Shown in pieces: positions 50,681 to 63,963 of a DNA stretch of 64,000 nucleotides. The translations under genes were made by a program, and so were the position numbers. How positions within the stretch are numbered: the first letter of the stretch is position 1; each line of letters begins with the position of its first letter. This stretch comes from Chiloscyllium plagiosum (Eukaryota). A model generated the notes under the pieces. That model was not told where the DNA came from and did not search any database. It was given only the letters and a program-made list of their open reading frames with translations. The stretch is from assembly GCF_004010195.1 (NCBI RefSeq), contig NC_057718.1:32194791-32258790 (forward strand). Direction: 5' to 3'.

Positions 50681-50904
50681 GATCTTTCAGACTGTGTGCA
50701 CTGCACTGACCCTGCTCGCTATGTCAGGCCATGCCGACAGTGTTTGACCTAGTGTGCAGCTGGGCTTTATACATAACACCCGCCATGTGAGAATTGCCAT
50801 AATATCCCAGCACCAAAGAGAATTTTGACACTGGTGAATGCAATGTTATGTGAGAATGGCAGCACTGATACAAGGTGCAGAATTAATGAGATGAACAATG
50901 GAGA

Positions 50905-51160
50905 GTTAGAATCTTAGAATCCCCTCAGTGCAGAAAGAGGCCATTCAGCCCATCGATTCTCACCGACCCTCCAAAGACCATCCCAGCCAAACGCAGCACC
51001 TCCTCCCATCCCCTGTGAACCATTGCTAGTGGGTTTATCATGACTAACCTACCTAGCCTGCATACTATGGGGCAATTTACCCAGGCCAATCCTCCTAACA
51101 TGCACATCTTTGGACAGTGGAAAGAAACTGAAGCACCCAGAGGAAACCCATGCAGACACA
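50905..51160 (-). mobile_element. HE1-related V-SINE fragment
   Basis: The reverse strand carries the V-core GTCTGCATGGGTTTCCTCTGGGTGC...CCAAAGATGTGC and a CR1-like tail. Confidence 0.75.
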
Positions 51161-53670
51161 TCGCATGTTAGAGCTCACAAAGAGAACCTTCCATGTGATT
51201 TCCTAAAATTGCTCTCTAGCTAATTTTGGTAATATCTTCAGCTTGTGACCTCTTCCTCATCTGTCACTCTTCCTCTTTCTCTACTGGGTTGAGGTTGTTC
51301 TTCTTTGTCTTTTAATTCATCTGAATGGGTGGAGGGTGGGGAGAGCAGTGTCAGACTTAGGTGCAATGCCTTTAACCACATTAGAGTTCCTGAGGATGAG
51401 ATGTCATGGAGTGTGTAAGTACAATTAAGCTTGGCAATTAGGAATCAGGAATAGTTGTGAATGTACGGCATCTCTGTGATAATGGTTTATATGAATTTAC
51501 TCTTCATTTTCCTGTTAGCTTCAATAATACTTTTAATATTAAGCACAGTAAAATATGTATAGCTTTGCTTACCTCAATATATCCCCTTCACATTAAACAT
51601 TTCATTTTATGACTACACATAAATTTGCCAACAACTCCTGTCCTAGTTACGCTTCAATTATTTTTTGTGCTTTAATGATGAAAATTTTTATTTTATTTAC
51701 CCGAGTGGCTATTTTAACGAGAAGGAAGTATTTAACAGGAAAATGGATTGCTTTGATGTGAATGATTGTTAAAAAAAAGGCAAAAGCTAGTTTACCTGTT
51801 TAACCATGCTCCCAGCATTATTGTAGCTCTTTATGTGATCATTAACCTCGTGGTTTAAGCAGGTTCAGTCACAGATCTGCTTGTTTTTTGAATCCATTTT
51901 GCAAACAATAGAATTCTTATGCAAGCCACGAAAATTTAAAGCCACTTCATCATTATAGGCAATAATCTGTATTGCAAATGCCTGTTTTTGCCCAGCCAAG
52001 CCATCAATGCAAGATGGACCACGTGGAGGTTGTAGTGGTGCAATGGTAGCACCCCACCCCAGGAACAGAAGCTTAGAATTGAAATCCCATGAACTGACTT
52101 GTTGACTACAGAAAGAATGCTCATGATGTTCTTCAATTAGTTAATAATCAGCATGGGAATCCTTCCATTACATCCTCTCTCTATTTCTCAAGCAACTGGA
52201 TATACTGCAGCTCATTATGAGACAAGCTGCACTGAAACACTTGATGATGGTGGAATCTGTCCCACAGCTTACTGTGTGTATTAGCCTGCTCCCAGTCCAG
52301 GGAATGATGGACACGAGGTGAACCATTTTAATGTTTTCAGTATTCCACAAATGGTGTGTCGGTGGAGGGAAAGAGGGACTAGGAGCATACATTGCCAGTG
52401 CTCGCTTTCTCAATCACAAAACAGCTTTGATAGTAATCAGGAAAGCTGTTTTTTCATACAACCCCATAACTCTCTCACCTGCCCTTTCAATTAATTGTTT
52501 TGAAACAGAATGAATTGAAAGGCTGCATCTTTGATAATAACACACTCAGTTAATGCATTGAAGCATCAGCCCAGTTTACATGCTTTAATCCTGGAGTGAG
52601 GCTTGAAACCACAACCTTCTGACTCACAAATTAGCCAAACTGACACATATCAAATGCTCACAGCACATTTATCCCTTGTGTTTAAGAGGTTAATGTCTTT
52701 TAAAGTGGGACAGTGTTATTCATGATAGTGCTGTTTGTAATTATTTCATATTGTTAAAGACTTATAGAGCAAAGCCTGCACTGTAGCAGGAGGGAATTTA
52801 GTGGGCTTTAATACTTTTTAGTGCACACAATTGGCAGGTCAATTATAGCAGCTTTCATCGTTATTAAATACAATCTGTCGAGTGTATTTTGTGAAAACAG
52901 TTATAATAGAGATTAGTATTTTAGCTTCATGAAATCCCCAACTGATCTCTGTTCTGAACTGTGGACTTTTTACTTTTAAGAATATCAGCTTATGTAACCT
53001 GTAGGCGGGCAACACATTGCCAAACTCTGCAATGACATAGCAAAGATAAATTGCAACATTAAATTTGGGTTTCTTTTTACTTACTGTAGTTTAAATTTAA
53101 TAGGCTGAGGAAAATTCATTTCAGAGCAATGGAAAGACTGCTTCTATTTCTGTCATTTCCTTTTCAAGAGACAATTGAAGAAGTGAGGTGAAAATTTTAT
53201 TCATTATCCAGAAAAAAACCGAATAAGTTAAGTGAGTTTACACTTTTAGAATCACAGTTTGAATTCCAATTTCACTGATAAAACCTTCACTCTTGAATAG
53301 TTACTGATGACCTCAATGAAATAGATATCATAGTTCAATGCAAATTTGCAGCACAACTTCATCACTTATTTGCCAACTCGACTTTACGGGCTAAGTCTGA
53401 ACTCCCAAAAATAGGCAGAGTGCAATGGTGGCAGAGGTCAAAATGCAACAATTCATAAACAGGAATTGCTCCTGTCTCAAACTCAGTTACTTCCAGTTTG
53501 AAAGGCATCAGGGCTGGTTGGGCAACCAGTCCTTTCATGGGAAGTAGTCTAGTGTCTTAAGTACTATAGTGAGACTAATACATTCCATCTTTAACTACAG
53601 AGGGTTTCCTTAGACCTTGGATCTGACCTATTTATGTTAAATTTATTTAAGATTTATTTCAATCCACTGC

Positions 53671-55372
53671 ACCTGATCAGGTATACCCTAGAACTCTAGA
53701 AAGCTAGGGAAGTGATTGCTGAGATATTTGTATCATCGATAGTCACAGGTGAGGTACCAGAAGACTGGAGGTTGGCTAACGTGGTGCCACTACTTAAGAA
53801 AGATGGTAAGGAAAAGCCAGGGAACTATAGACCCATGAGCCTGATATCAGTGGTGGGCAAGTTGTTGGAGGGAATCCTGAGGGACAGGATTTACATGTAT
53901 TTGGAAAGGCAAAGACTGATTAGGGGATAGTCAACATGGCTGTGCGTGGGAAATCATGTCTCACGAACTTGATTGAGTTTTTTGAAGAAGTAACAAAGAG
54001 GATTGATGAGGGCAGAGTAGTGGATGTGATCTATAAGGACTTCAGTAAGGCATTCGACAAGGTTCCCCATGGGAAACTGGTTAGCAAGGTTAGATCCTGT
54101 GGAATCCAGAGAGAACTAGTCTTTTGAATCCATAACTGGCTTGAAGGTAGAAGACAGAGGGGGGTGGTGGAGAGTTGTTTTTCAGACTGGAGGCCTGTGA
54201 TCAGTGGAGTACCACAAGGATCAGTTGCTGGGTCCACTACTTTTTGTCATTTATATAAATAATTTGGATGTGAGCTTAGGAAGTATAGTTAATAAGTTCA
54301 CAGATGGCTCTAAAATTGGAGGTGTAGTGGACAGCGAAGAAGGTTACCTCAGAGTGCAACAGGATCTTGATCAAATGGGCTAGTGGGCTGTGGAGTAGCA
54401 GATGGATTTTAATTTAGATAAATGCAAGGTGCTGCATTTTGGAAAAACAAATCAGAGCAGGACTTATACATTTAATAGTAAGGTCCTAGGGAGTGTTGCT
54501 GAACAAAGAGACCTTGGAGTGCAGGCTCATAGTTCCTTGAATGTGAAGTTGCAGATAGATAGGACAGTGAAGAAGATGTCTGATATGCTTTCCTTTATTG
54601 GTCAGAGCATTGAGTATAGGAGTTGGGAGGTCATACTGCGATTGTACAGGACATTGGTTAGGCCACTGTTGGAATATTGTGTACAGTTCTGGTCTCCTTC
54701 CTATCGGAAGGATGTTGTGAAACTTGAAAGGGTTCAGAAAAGATCTACAAGGATGTTGCCAGGGTTGGAGGATTTGAGCTATAGGGAGAGGCTGAACAGG
54801 CTGGGGCTGTTTTCCCTGGAGCATCGGAGNNNNNNNNNNNNNNNNNNNNNNNNNNNNNNNNNNNNNNNNNNNNNNNNNNNNNNNNNNNNNNNNNNNNNNN
54901 NNNNNNNNNNNNNNNNNNNNNNNNNNNNNNNNNNNNNNNNNNNNNNNNNNNNNNNNNNNNNNNNNNNNNNNNNNNNNNNNNNNNNNNNNNNNNNNNNNNN
55001 NNNNNNNNNNNNNNNNNNNNNNNNNNNNNNNNNNNNNNNNNNNNNNNNNNNNNNNNNNNNNNNNNNNNNNNNGAATTAGAGGGCATAGGTTTAGGGTGAG
55101 AGGGGAAAGATATAAAAGGGACCTAAGGGGCAACTTTTTCATGCAGAGGGCAGTGCATGTAGGGAATGAGCTGCCAGAGGAAGTGGTGGAGGCTGGGACA
55201 ATTACAACATTTAAAAGGCATCTGGATGGGTATATGAATAGGAAGGGATTAGAGGGTTATGGGCCAGGTGCTGGCAAATGGGACTAGATTCGGTTAGGAT
55301 ATCTGGTCAGCATGGACGAGTTGGACTGAAGGGTCTGTTTCCGTGCTGTACATCTCTGTGACTTTATGACTG
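53671..55372 (+). mobile_element. CR1 (HER1-like) LINE, 5'-truncated, with N gap
   Basis: VPEDWRLANVVPL..GNYRP, GKSCLTNL, DFSKAFDKVPH, CKVLHFG, LEYCVQFW; tail CTCTGTGACTTTATGAC. Confidence 0.95.
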
Positions 55373-56694
55373 TAGGTGGACTTGATCAATATAGATCAGC
55401 AGCTTAGAAGAAACAAACACAGGTCACCACCCAAGTTCAAAAGAATAAATAGTAAATGAGATGAATAATGACTTTGCAACGGCAAGTTTGTGAACTAAAT
55501 ACATACAGCAAGGTAGGAAGACAGAAGATATAATATTCACTAAAATAAAAACTTTCAGTGTCTCAAATTGCATTAAAATACTGTGAAACTGAAACCCTGG
55601 TAGGTCTGGCTGCATCTGTGCTCTGATAAATTGCACCTATATTTTGAATCACACATGACTGTTGTTTAGAATTGAGGAACATTTTTTAAGAATTCAGTTT
55701 GAAATGTTAACAAGATTTACACTGGTTTGAATCACTACAATGAATTGAGTTAGAGTAGAAATTTTGATTTCAAGACTGAAAATACAAGATACAATATTTT
55801 TTTTAAGAAAGTGGAAACGTAAAAGGATATAAAGAAGGAGAAAGTGAGGTTGGTGGAGACTAGAGTGAAGATAAATTTTATTCATATTCTACCCAGGGAT
55901 GAAATAGGAACACAATTATAATAGCAGTGTTCAAGCCTTTGCTTACTTTTGTTGACCTATGTTTATAACAGCTTGTATTTATGTCATGCCATTAATATAA
56001 TGTGGTTTAATGACTAAACATTTGATAGAGAGGTTTTAAGGAACATCTTTCAAGGACAAGGTGGGGAGTTGGAGTGGGGCTTTCCGAGCTCAGGGCCAAA
56101 ACAAAGAGTGGAACAAAGATTGATGGTTACTTGGGAAGCCAGAGTTGAAAGAACCTGTAAGAGAGTTGCAGCGCTGAAAAAGGTGATGCAGACCGAGGGG
56201 GAGGGGGGAATGATATAAAAGGATGGCTAACAAAAGTGAAGTTATGTGCAGTTGGGTTAGTGCAGCACAGCGAGCGGGAAGCACAGTCAGTGTTACACCT
56301 GATATCAGTGCCATTTGGCTTCAAGCTTTCTTTAGCCAGCGGCTGCAAATTATGCAGTTCTTTAGCTGCGGCTCTTCCTGTTGCTTGGCAGCTGTCTTTG
56401 TTGCCTGGTGATTATCATATTCTGCATGAGTCAGCTGCAGAAATTAGCACTTTCTTTTTTGAATTATGGAGTGCTTTTGAACATACGGTTGCTTTATATA
56501 GCATTGAGAATTTAGAGAGTTCTAAATCTCCTTGAAAGTTGATAAAATGATGCAGCTTGGTTTATTTTTGTGTTTGTTCCATAATAATGTTTGCAGAATA
56601 TGCACACATTTATTCTTATTCAAACCCTTTAAAATGCTTGACAATTAGTAAGTGGGAATGATCATAGAATGTATATGAATGGTGTGATTGAACA

Positions 56695-57660
56695 CAAGAA
56701 CATGGGAACACAGGAGCAGGAGTAGGTGGCTTGACACCTTGAAGCTATTCCACCATTGTAGATCATGGCAGATCCTTTATCTGTTTTTCCATGCTATCCC
56801 CAATTTCCCTATCTGGAAATGGATCAAGCTCTATTTTGGACAAATTCAATGACTGAACGTCTGCAGCCCTCCAGGGTGGAGAATTCCAAAGGCTCATTAC
56901 CCTCTGAGTCAAGAAATTCTTCCTCAGCTCAATTCTAAATGGCTTGACCCTTATTCTGACAATGTGTCCTCTGGTTCTAGAACCTCAGCCAATAGAAACC
57001 CACTACACCCACTCGATTCAGCTCTTTCAGAATTCTGTCAGTTTCAATCGGACCATCTCTCATTCTCTCAATTCTGGATAATGCTAGTTTTATCGATTTC
57101 TCCTTGTAGGACAATCCAACCATTCAGGAATTAATCGGGTGAGCCTCCTTCATTGCATCTCTTTATGGAATGTGTATTCTTCATTAGGGATTGGGATTAT
57201 TTTTGGAACTATCTCACCAAGGCTCTATATAACTGCTGCAAGATACTCTTTTACTCCAATCCTTTTATAGTGAAGAAAAGCATCGTGCTTGCTTTCCTGA
57301 TTGCTTGCTGCACTTGCACATTTGCTCTGACTGACTTACGAACAAGGCCATCTAATTTCTTTCAACACTAACACTTCCCAATCTCTCACCATTTACGAAA
57401 CACTCTGCATCTCCTCCTTTCATCACCTCATCTTTATCCACCTTATCTTCCATCTGGCATGTTCTTGCCCATTTACTTGAGTTGTCCAAATCCCCTTGCA
57501 GCCTTCTTTCATCCTCCTCACCTTTCTCATTCTCATGTTGTTTTGCGTCATTCACATACTTGGAAATATTACATTTCATCCACACATTTAGATCATGAAC
57601 AGCCGGAACTCAAGTACTGACCTTTGTGGTACCCCAATAATCACAGCCTGACAACCCGAG
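56695..57660 (-). mobile_element. Old CR1 3' fragment (AAGAACAT-type tail)
   Basis: ORF 57352-57585 (RRLQGDLD..SKWARTCQM..VDK) and a reverse 3' UTR at ~56695-56800. Confidence 0.7.
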
Positions 57661-57782
57661 AATGATCTTTTTGTATCTCTTTGTTATGCACACTACATGC
57701 GAATTTATAATTTAGAGCAGGGAGTGGGTCATTTAGCCCTTGCTGCAATATTTAATATGATTATGGCTGATTGATTGTCATC

Positions 57783-57995
57783 TCGTGTATGGAATGAGCT
57801 CCCAGAGGAAGTGGTGGAGGCTAGTACAATTGCAACAGTAAAAAGGCATCTGGATGGGCATATGAATAGGAAGGGTTTGGAGGGATATGGGCCAGATGCT
57901 GGCAGCTGGGACTAGACTGGCTTGGGATATCTGGTCAGCATGGACGAGTTGGACTGAAGGGTGTGTTTCCGTGCTGCACATCTCTATGACTGAAT
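57783..57995 (+). mobile_element. Short CR1 (HER1-like) 3' end nested in an older CR1 tail
   Basis: GTATGGAATGAGCTCCCAGAGGAAG...CATCTCTATGAC is near-identical to 55160-55372. Confidence 0.88.
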
Positions 57996-59324
57996 GACTG
58001 TATCTCAACTCCATTTCCCTGCCTGCCCTCAATACATTCTGACTCCCTTATTCATCAAAACTCCAGGTGCCTTAAAAATATTAAATGTCCCTTTTCTTTC
58101 TGTTAATCAATCCCTAATACTAATAACCCATCGGCAATCATTTTGTTTATTAATTTCTAGATGGAAAAATGAGACTGAGATAATCAAACAGGCAGATAAG
58201 AGTTCTGGGATTCCATCTGAAGGATAGCACTTAATACAGTGTAGGATGACCTCTGTACTGCACTAATGATTTAATTTCTCTGCAGACCTAGATTCCTTAC
58301 TGAAATCATGGATTTGGAATGGAATTTATTTCTCAGGTTCCATTTTAATTTCCCAAATTTTCTGGAATTAATTTAATTCTTACTTTGAAAGGCAGTTCAT
58401 GACCTCGGCTTGGAACCCTGAAATACTGCGAGCACTTTATCTCTGTAATTGCAAATGGTGTTTCTTAAAAGGTACAGCCAAAAATGGTTATGGATGTAAA
58501 TAAAGTAGCTGTCTGGAGATAGTCATCTGCACAGGATGTCACACCTGCAGTCGCAAATGGGTCTTCAAAACTAGCCCCCCAAAGGCATGGGGTGGGAGGG
58601 GAGAAGAGGTAAGTTGAAACAGATTGGACTGAGATCTTTTATGTCCACAAAAATAATGAGGGTCTGACATTTCTCTGCTGAACAGGAAGCCTCCTCTTGC
58701 AGATTACGTCCCAAACTGCAGGCACATGTTTTGCTATTCTGTATGAAGAATACACAAGAGCAGGGGCTTACAAGCCAGTTTCAACTCTACTGGAGTGTAC
58801 TAGTGAGGCCGAAGGTGTACCAATCTGGGTCTGAGCATTGGTGTGAAAGTCACAGTCAAAGAGCCATCCTCGAGTCTTGGTTGTGTTGCAGATGTAGGGA
58901 AACCCTCTCTTTCCCTCTGCATGTTGCAAACCAGACAAAAGGAAACAGGAGATGAAAAGGATTTCACCCTGAATGCTGAAGTTCAGTCACTGTTGAAGTG
59001 TATCAGAACTATAGAATCTCAGCTTGCAAAACTAAGGATCATGAAAGCAACTGTTCACCTACTGATGTGAACTTGTGGCAACCTCCATTGTAACTATTCA
59101 TTGTTGGTTACAATTGAGAGACTGATTTGCATATCAGCTTTTATTTTAATAACACTTCTTTGAACTCATCTGGTTATTTCTAATCTGTGTGTTGCATTAG
59201 TGTTCCGTCTTGTACAGAGAAATGAATAAACTCATTCTTTTTGTTAATTCTAGAGAAGTCAAGTTGACTTCTTTTAAATCGTAAGTTTGCTTACATCTGG
59301 GAGAAGGCTAGCCACAAGGGAAAG

Positions 59325-59471
59325 TTAAAAATCACACAATACCAGGTCATTGTGCAACAGGTTTAATTGGAAGCACTAGCTTTCAGAGCGCTGCTCCTTC
59401 ATCACAGCCAGAGTGTTGTGTGATTTTTAACTTTTGTCCACCCCAGTCCAACACCAGCACCTCCAAGTCAT
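59325..59471 (-). mobile_element. Penelope-derived mini-element (family B) with 12-bp TSD
   Basis: TSD CACAAGGGAAAG at 59313-59324 and 59472-59483; minus-strand GTGATGAAGGAGCAGCGCTCTGAAAGCTAGTG at ~59374-59405. Confidence 0.8.
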
Positions 59472-60520
59472 CACAAGGGAAAGGGTCCTTTTAAATTTTT
59501 TAATTAACCTTGTTGCAACCGGCTGAGGGTGTGAACAAATAAATAAGTGGAGCCAGTTAATCTCTCCCTACTTTGGAGCTTCTCAGTTTGTGGTATTTTG
59601 TCTGGGACAGTGTTCATGAGACCACACAGGTACTTGAGGTTTCCGCGCATACTGATCAGCATCTCACCAGACCTTGGAGTTCCTTGAAGCAGAAGAAAAT
59701 GTTTCAAGAGATCGTTGGTCTGGAACTGTAGCAAATTGAGTAACCTCACCAGGGGTCTGGTCATTTGAACTTGTGCTACAACGTCCATGTAGAAGCTTGT
59801 ATTCACTGAGAGTTTATCCTGAATATTTTACATGTGTAATATGAACTTTACTGTACAAATGTTAGCCTTGCCTTATGGTCCTGTACAGTCGTATCAAATT
59901 TTGTGTGAAATTTTAAATGATTTATGTTTAGTAAAGAAGAGCTGACGTAGGAGGTACTTTGTGGAGGCATTGGCCATGACTGGTTGAGTATTGACGATTT
60001 TAAAGGTTAGTATATTCAACAATGGAAATCACACCTCCCATAATGATGCTGTAAGCGGACACATGACTGAGGCTTTGAGGGCGGATGGGAGCTGGGAGTG
60101 GGGGCGGACGGGGTGGAGTTGGACAGGTAGTGGGGTGGAAGGGGTGGGGTTGGATGGGTTNNNNNNNNNNNNNNNNNNNNNNNNNNNNNNNNNNNNNNNN
60201 NNNNNNNNNNNNNNNNNNNNNNNNNNNNNNNNNNNNNNNNNNNNNNNNNNNNNNNNNNNNNNNNNNNNNNNNNNNNNNNNNNNNNNNNNNNNNNNNNNNN
60301 NNNNNNNNNNNNNNNNNNNNNNNNNNNNNNNNNNNNNNNNNNNNNNNNNNNNNNNNNNNNNNNNNNNNNNNNNNNNNNNNNNNNNNNNNNNNNNNNNNNN
60401 NNNNNNNNNNNNNNNNNNNNNNNNNNNNNNNNNNNNNNNNNNNNNNNNNNNNNNNNNNNNNNNNNNNNNNNNNNNNNNNNNNNNNNNNNNNNNNNNNNNN
60501 NNNNNNNNNNNNNNNNNNNN

Positions 60521-60868
60521 GGGGACTCACACACAGTGTCCTGCTGCCTATTCTCCTGAACGGGGAGTGGACTTAGCAAGTGTTCGCTGTGTCAATCCCA
60601 TTGAACTGATGGGGGTGCGTTGGAGTTGGGGGGGAGGGGATGCGGGAGGCTTCAGCAATGCTGCAGGTCCCTTACACACAAGAGTGTGTCTGCTTAGAAA
60701 CAAACCCTGAGACAGAGAGAGAGAGCAAGGCAGGCAGAGCGAGGAAAAAGGAAACTTCAGAACACTCCAAGCCCCAGAGGAGAGGCATTGAATCAATTAA
60801 CCGAATAATCAATTATCCGAATGAAATAGTGCTCGACCCTCTCGTTCAGATTATCAAGGTTCCTGTGT
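60521..60868. mobile_element. One end of a probable Tigger-type DNA transposon
   Basis: Minus strand CAGGAACCTTGATAATCTGAACGAG...TTCGGATAATTG resembles a Tigger TIR and subterminal repeats. The other end was not located (adjacent gap). Confidence 0.4.
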
Positions 60869-60994
60869 ATATTGTACAGCAGTATAACACAAATGAATGG
60901 TTGTTTGAACGTATCAATGACTCAGGAAGCATTCCAAAGCTAGATGAACCAATACACAACAGTTGAGATGGTAACTAAATGAACTTTACATCTG

Positions 60995-62790
60995 TTTTTA
61001 CTAGAGAACAGCTTATCCTATGAGTGACAATAAATTTTAACAAAATTAATTGGTGTTTGAGATAGAATGAGTAATAAATTAACGCCAACATGAACTTGCT
61101 AAAGGGAAATTATGTTTGACAGACTTGAGTGTTACGAAGTTGTGGAGGGAATTGATGCGAATTGGGTGGTTGCTGTATGTATGATTGGCTTTCACAATGT
61201 TTGTCATAAAGTACTACATAATGCTCTACTCAGCAAAATTAAGCCATGTGGACTCAAATGGATTATAGGAGCATATATACAAAATTTGCTCTAGCAGTAA
61301 GTAAAGAGAAGTGGTGAAAGGTTGCATTTCAGATTGCAGAGAAATCTTGTGCTTTCCAGTTGTTGTTATTAGGACCACTGCTCTTTTGATGTCCCAGACT
61401 TTGGCATACCAATAAATAATTGTAAACTTTTAAGGCCACTCGAAACTTGTAAAAGATGTGGGTATATCATGAAAGAGTAATAGATTTGCCAGAATGGTTC
61501 CAAGAATGAGAAACTTCAGATATAGTGAAGAAGTTGTGATTGCTCTCCATGGAGAGAAGAAGGCTGAGAGGATATCTGAATGAGGCTGGCTGGAGTAGGT
61601 AGCTGGAGCCTGTTTCTGGTTGTAAAAGACCCCAGAACAAGAAAGCATAGATTTAAAGTGATGCTCAAATTAAGCAAGAGTAATGTGAAAAAAATACTTT
61701 TCACTCGGCAAGTTGTTAATATGTGAAATGCACTGCCTTGGAATGTGGTGGAAGGAAGTTCAATTGAGGCACCCAAGAGGACATTAGATGACTTTTTTTT
61801 GGACAGTTATGGTGTGCAGGGATATGGGAAAAAGGCAGGGAAATGGCACTGGGTAATAGAGCCCAATTAGATAGTAGAGTCAGAGTAGGCAGGAAGGGCT
61901 GAATAACCACCTTCTGTCTCACAATCATTCTGTGATTCAAGAAGATATAAGCAGTCCTGGTGAAATAGGCAGAAAAAAATGTGCTGCAGAGAAGTAATAC
62001 AGTTTGGTAGGAGGAATACTGAGAGAGAGTATGGACTAAATTGTACGATTTTAAAGGGTGTGCAGGGACAGTGAGTCCTGGGATGGCTGCTTGTACATAA
62101 ATGTTTGAAGATGGTAGGACAGGTTGAGAAGGTTTTAAAATCATAAAAAAAACTCATCTCCTCACATAACTGAAGCTTTCCATCCTTTTATCGTTCTAAT
62201 AAATCTTTTCAGCATTCATACATTCATTTCCTTGCTGGTCCTTGATTTAAGCAATAGAGGAGTAGATTATAAAAACAAGCAAGGTAAAATTCAAGAAAAT
62301 ACTGGTTACACCCTAGAAAGAATTTCATGTTAGCATTTCAGAAAATATGTCAAGACACTCGAGAGAGTGCAGAAGAGATTTGTTAGCATTGTACTAGTGG
62401 TGAAAGGCCTCAGTTATGTGAAGACACTGGATGAGGTAGATTTGTTCCAGTTAGCATTGGCTAGAGGAGTTGTTCAAAATAATGAAGGGTTCTGCTAGAA
62501 TAACTAAGAAGAAACTGTTTCCATTGTGAAAAGGATTGATAAATAGACCATACAGCTTTAAGGATAATTGGCTAAAGAAGCACAATTGACATGAGGAAAC
62601 ATTTTCGCACAGAGCAAGTTGTGATCGGGACTGCACTGGTCAGAATTGTATAACTCATAGAATGGTAAAAGTCTGCATGGCTATGGAGAAAGAACAAAGA
62701 CCTGGGGCTGTTTGGAATACTCTACTGAAGAGCTGACATAAGCAGATGGGCTGAATGACCTTCTCGACCAGACCGTTGTCTGATTCTATG
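60995..62790 (+). mobile_element. Two consecutive old CR1 fragments (~60995-61935 and ~61940-62790)
   Basis: CATCTGTTTTTACT (SVFT), FHNVCHKVLHNALLSKI (~FDKVPH.RLL.KI), and two separate RT C-terminus/3' UTR ends (GGGCTGAATAACC at ~61900, GGGCTGAATGACC at ~62750). Confidence 0.65.
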
Positions 62791-63682
62791 ATTTTAATTG
62801 GGAAAAGCACGTACCATTAAAGAGAGAAATTTGGTGTAAGTATATTGACCTTAGCTGACAATAAACTTATACACCTTCACCTCTTATTATTTGTGCATAT
62901 TTGTGTCAGAAGTAGGAAGTGATTACTCATTATCGCCTTCATTGAATTTTATTCATTGCCACTTCTAATTAACAGTGATTTAATCAGGGGGCTAGAGGAA
63001 AGAAGCAGCTGAATGAGGGGACATAATATGCAAACTATTACTTTGTGCTGTTGGGCCAGCAGGGTGCGGTTGTTGGGAGTGAATGAGATGGCCCACACAA
63101 AATAAAATCAGTGCCACCCTAGAATTAACCATTGTTTTCTTGATGTTGCAAGTGAGTTAACTGAATAGTTGATGCCATTGTACAGCTTTTGTTCATTTTC
63201 ACTGCAATTATATAAAGGTTTGTCCTTTGTAATCTCTACGTGTCATCTTTTCAGGTGATGCACTCAAGCGCGTCGTCATCTGGAGTGCACTCTGATTAGC
63301 CCCCACCTAATGGGTAGCTTTTGTTCTTCTGTAGGTGTCTACTCCCCTTAGGATTGCACCCACCTGTTCTAGTGGTTTCCATTGAGCACAACTTGAGAGT
63401 ACAGAAAACCAGAAAACCATCTTCCCAGTTTGTCCCTATAATGGATTTTTTTGAGAAGAGTTGTCACCTTCTGGAAAATAACACCAGTACCCAAAAGACA
63501 AAGATAAACGGGCTAGGAAATTTGACCAAAGCATATCTGAAGCTTTAACCCACTTTTCTTTGATCGGACACCAACTCAGCAACTGCGGATGCAGCAGTTT
63601 TAGTTTTCATAATAGGTTACAATAGTTGTGTTACCCTTTTGTCTCTCTTGTGCAATTTTCACAAGCACAATTTCAATTTTCA

Positions 63683-63963
63683 AGTTAAAAATAACCTGAA
63701 AGAACTGCAGATGCTGGAAATCAGAAACAAAGACAGAAACTGCTGGAGAAGCTGAGCATGTCGAACAGCATCTGTGGAGAGAAATCAGAGAGAAATCAGA
63801 GTTATCGTTGCAGATCCAGTGACCCTTCCTCTGAACTGGTTTTGAGACCCAGAACCCAATTTCTGAGGAAGAGTCACTAGACCCAAAATATTAACTTTGA
63901 TTTCTCTCCACAGATGCTGTCAGACCTGTGAACTTTTTCAGCAATTTCTGTTTCAGTTTTTTG
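63683..63963. mobile_element. Palindromic Penelope-derived mini-element (family C) with 12-bp TSD
   Basis: TSD TTTCAATTTTCA at 63671-63682 and 63964-63975; inverted arms; decayed core CTGAGGAAGAGTCACTAGACCCAAAA at ~63863-63888. Confidence 0.75.

Larger units (their letters stand above)
46040..50760 (-). mobile_element. Harbinger Myb/SANT ORF relic interrupted by the composite retro-insertion (parts 50681-50760 and 46040-46120)
   Basis: Removing 46121-50700 gives minus-strand QTLSAWPDIASRVSAVHTV*KIMQQCH(fs)KKVNDLRCSVRV, a continuous Myb/SANT motif. Confidence 0.7.
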
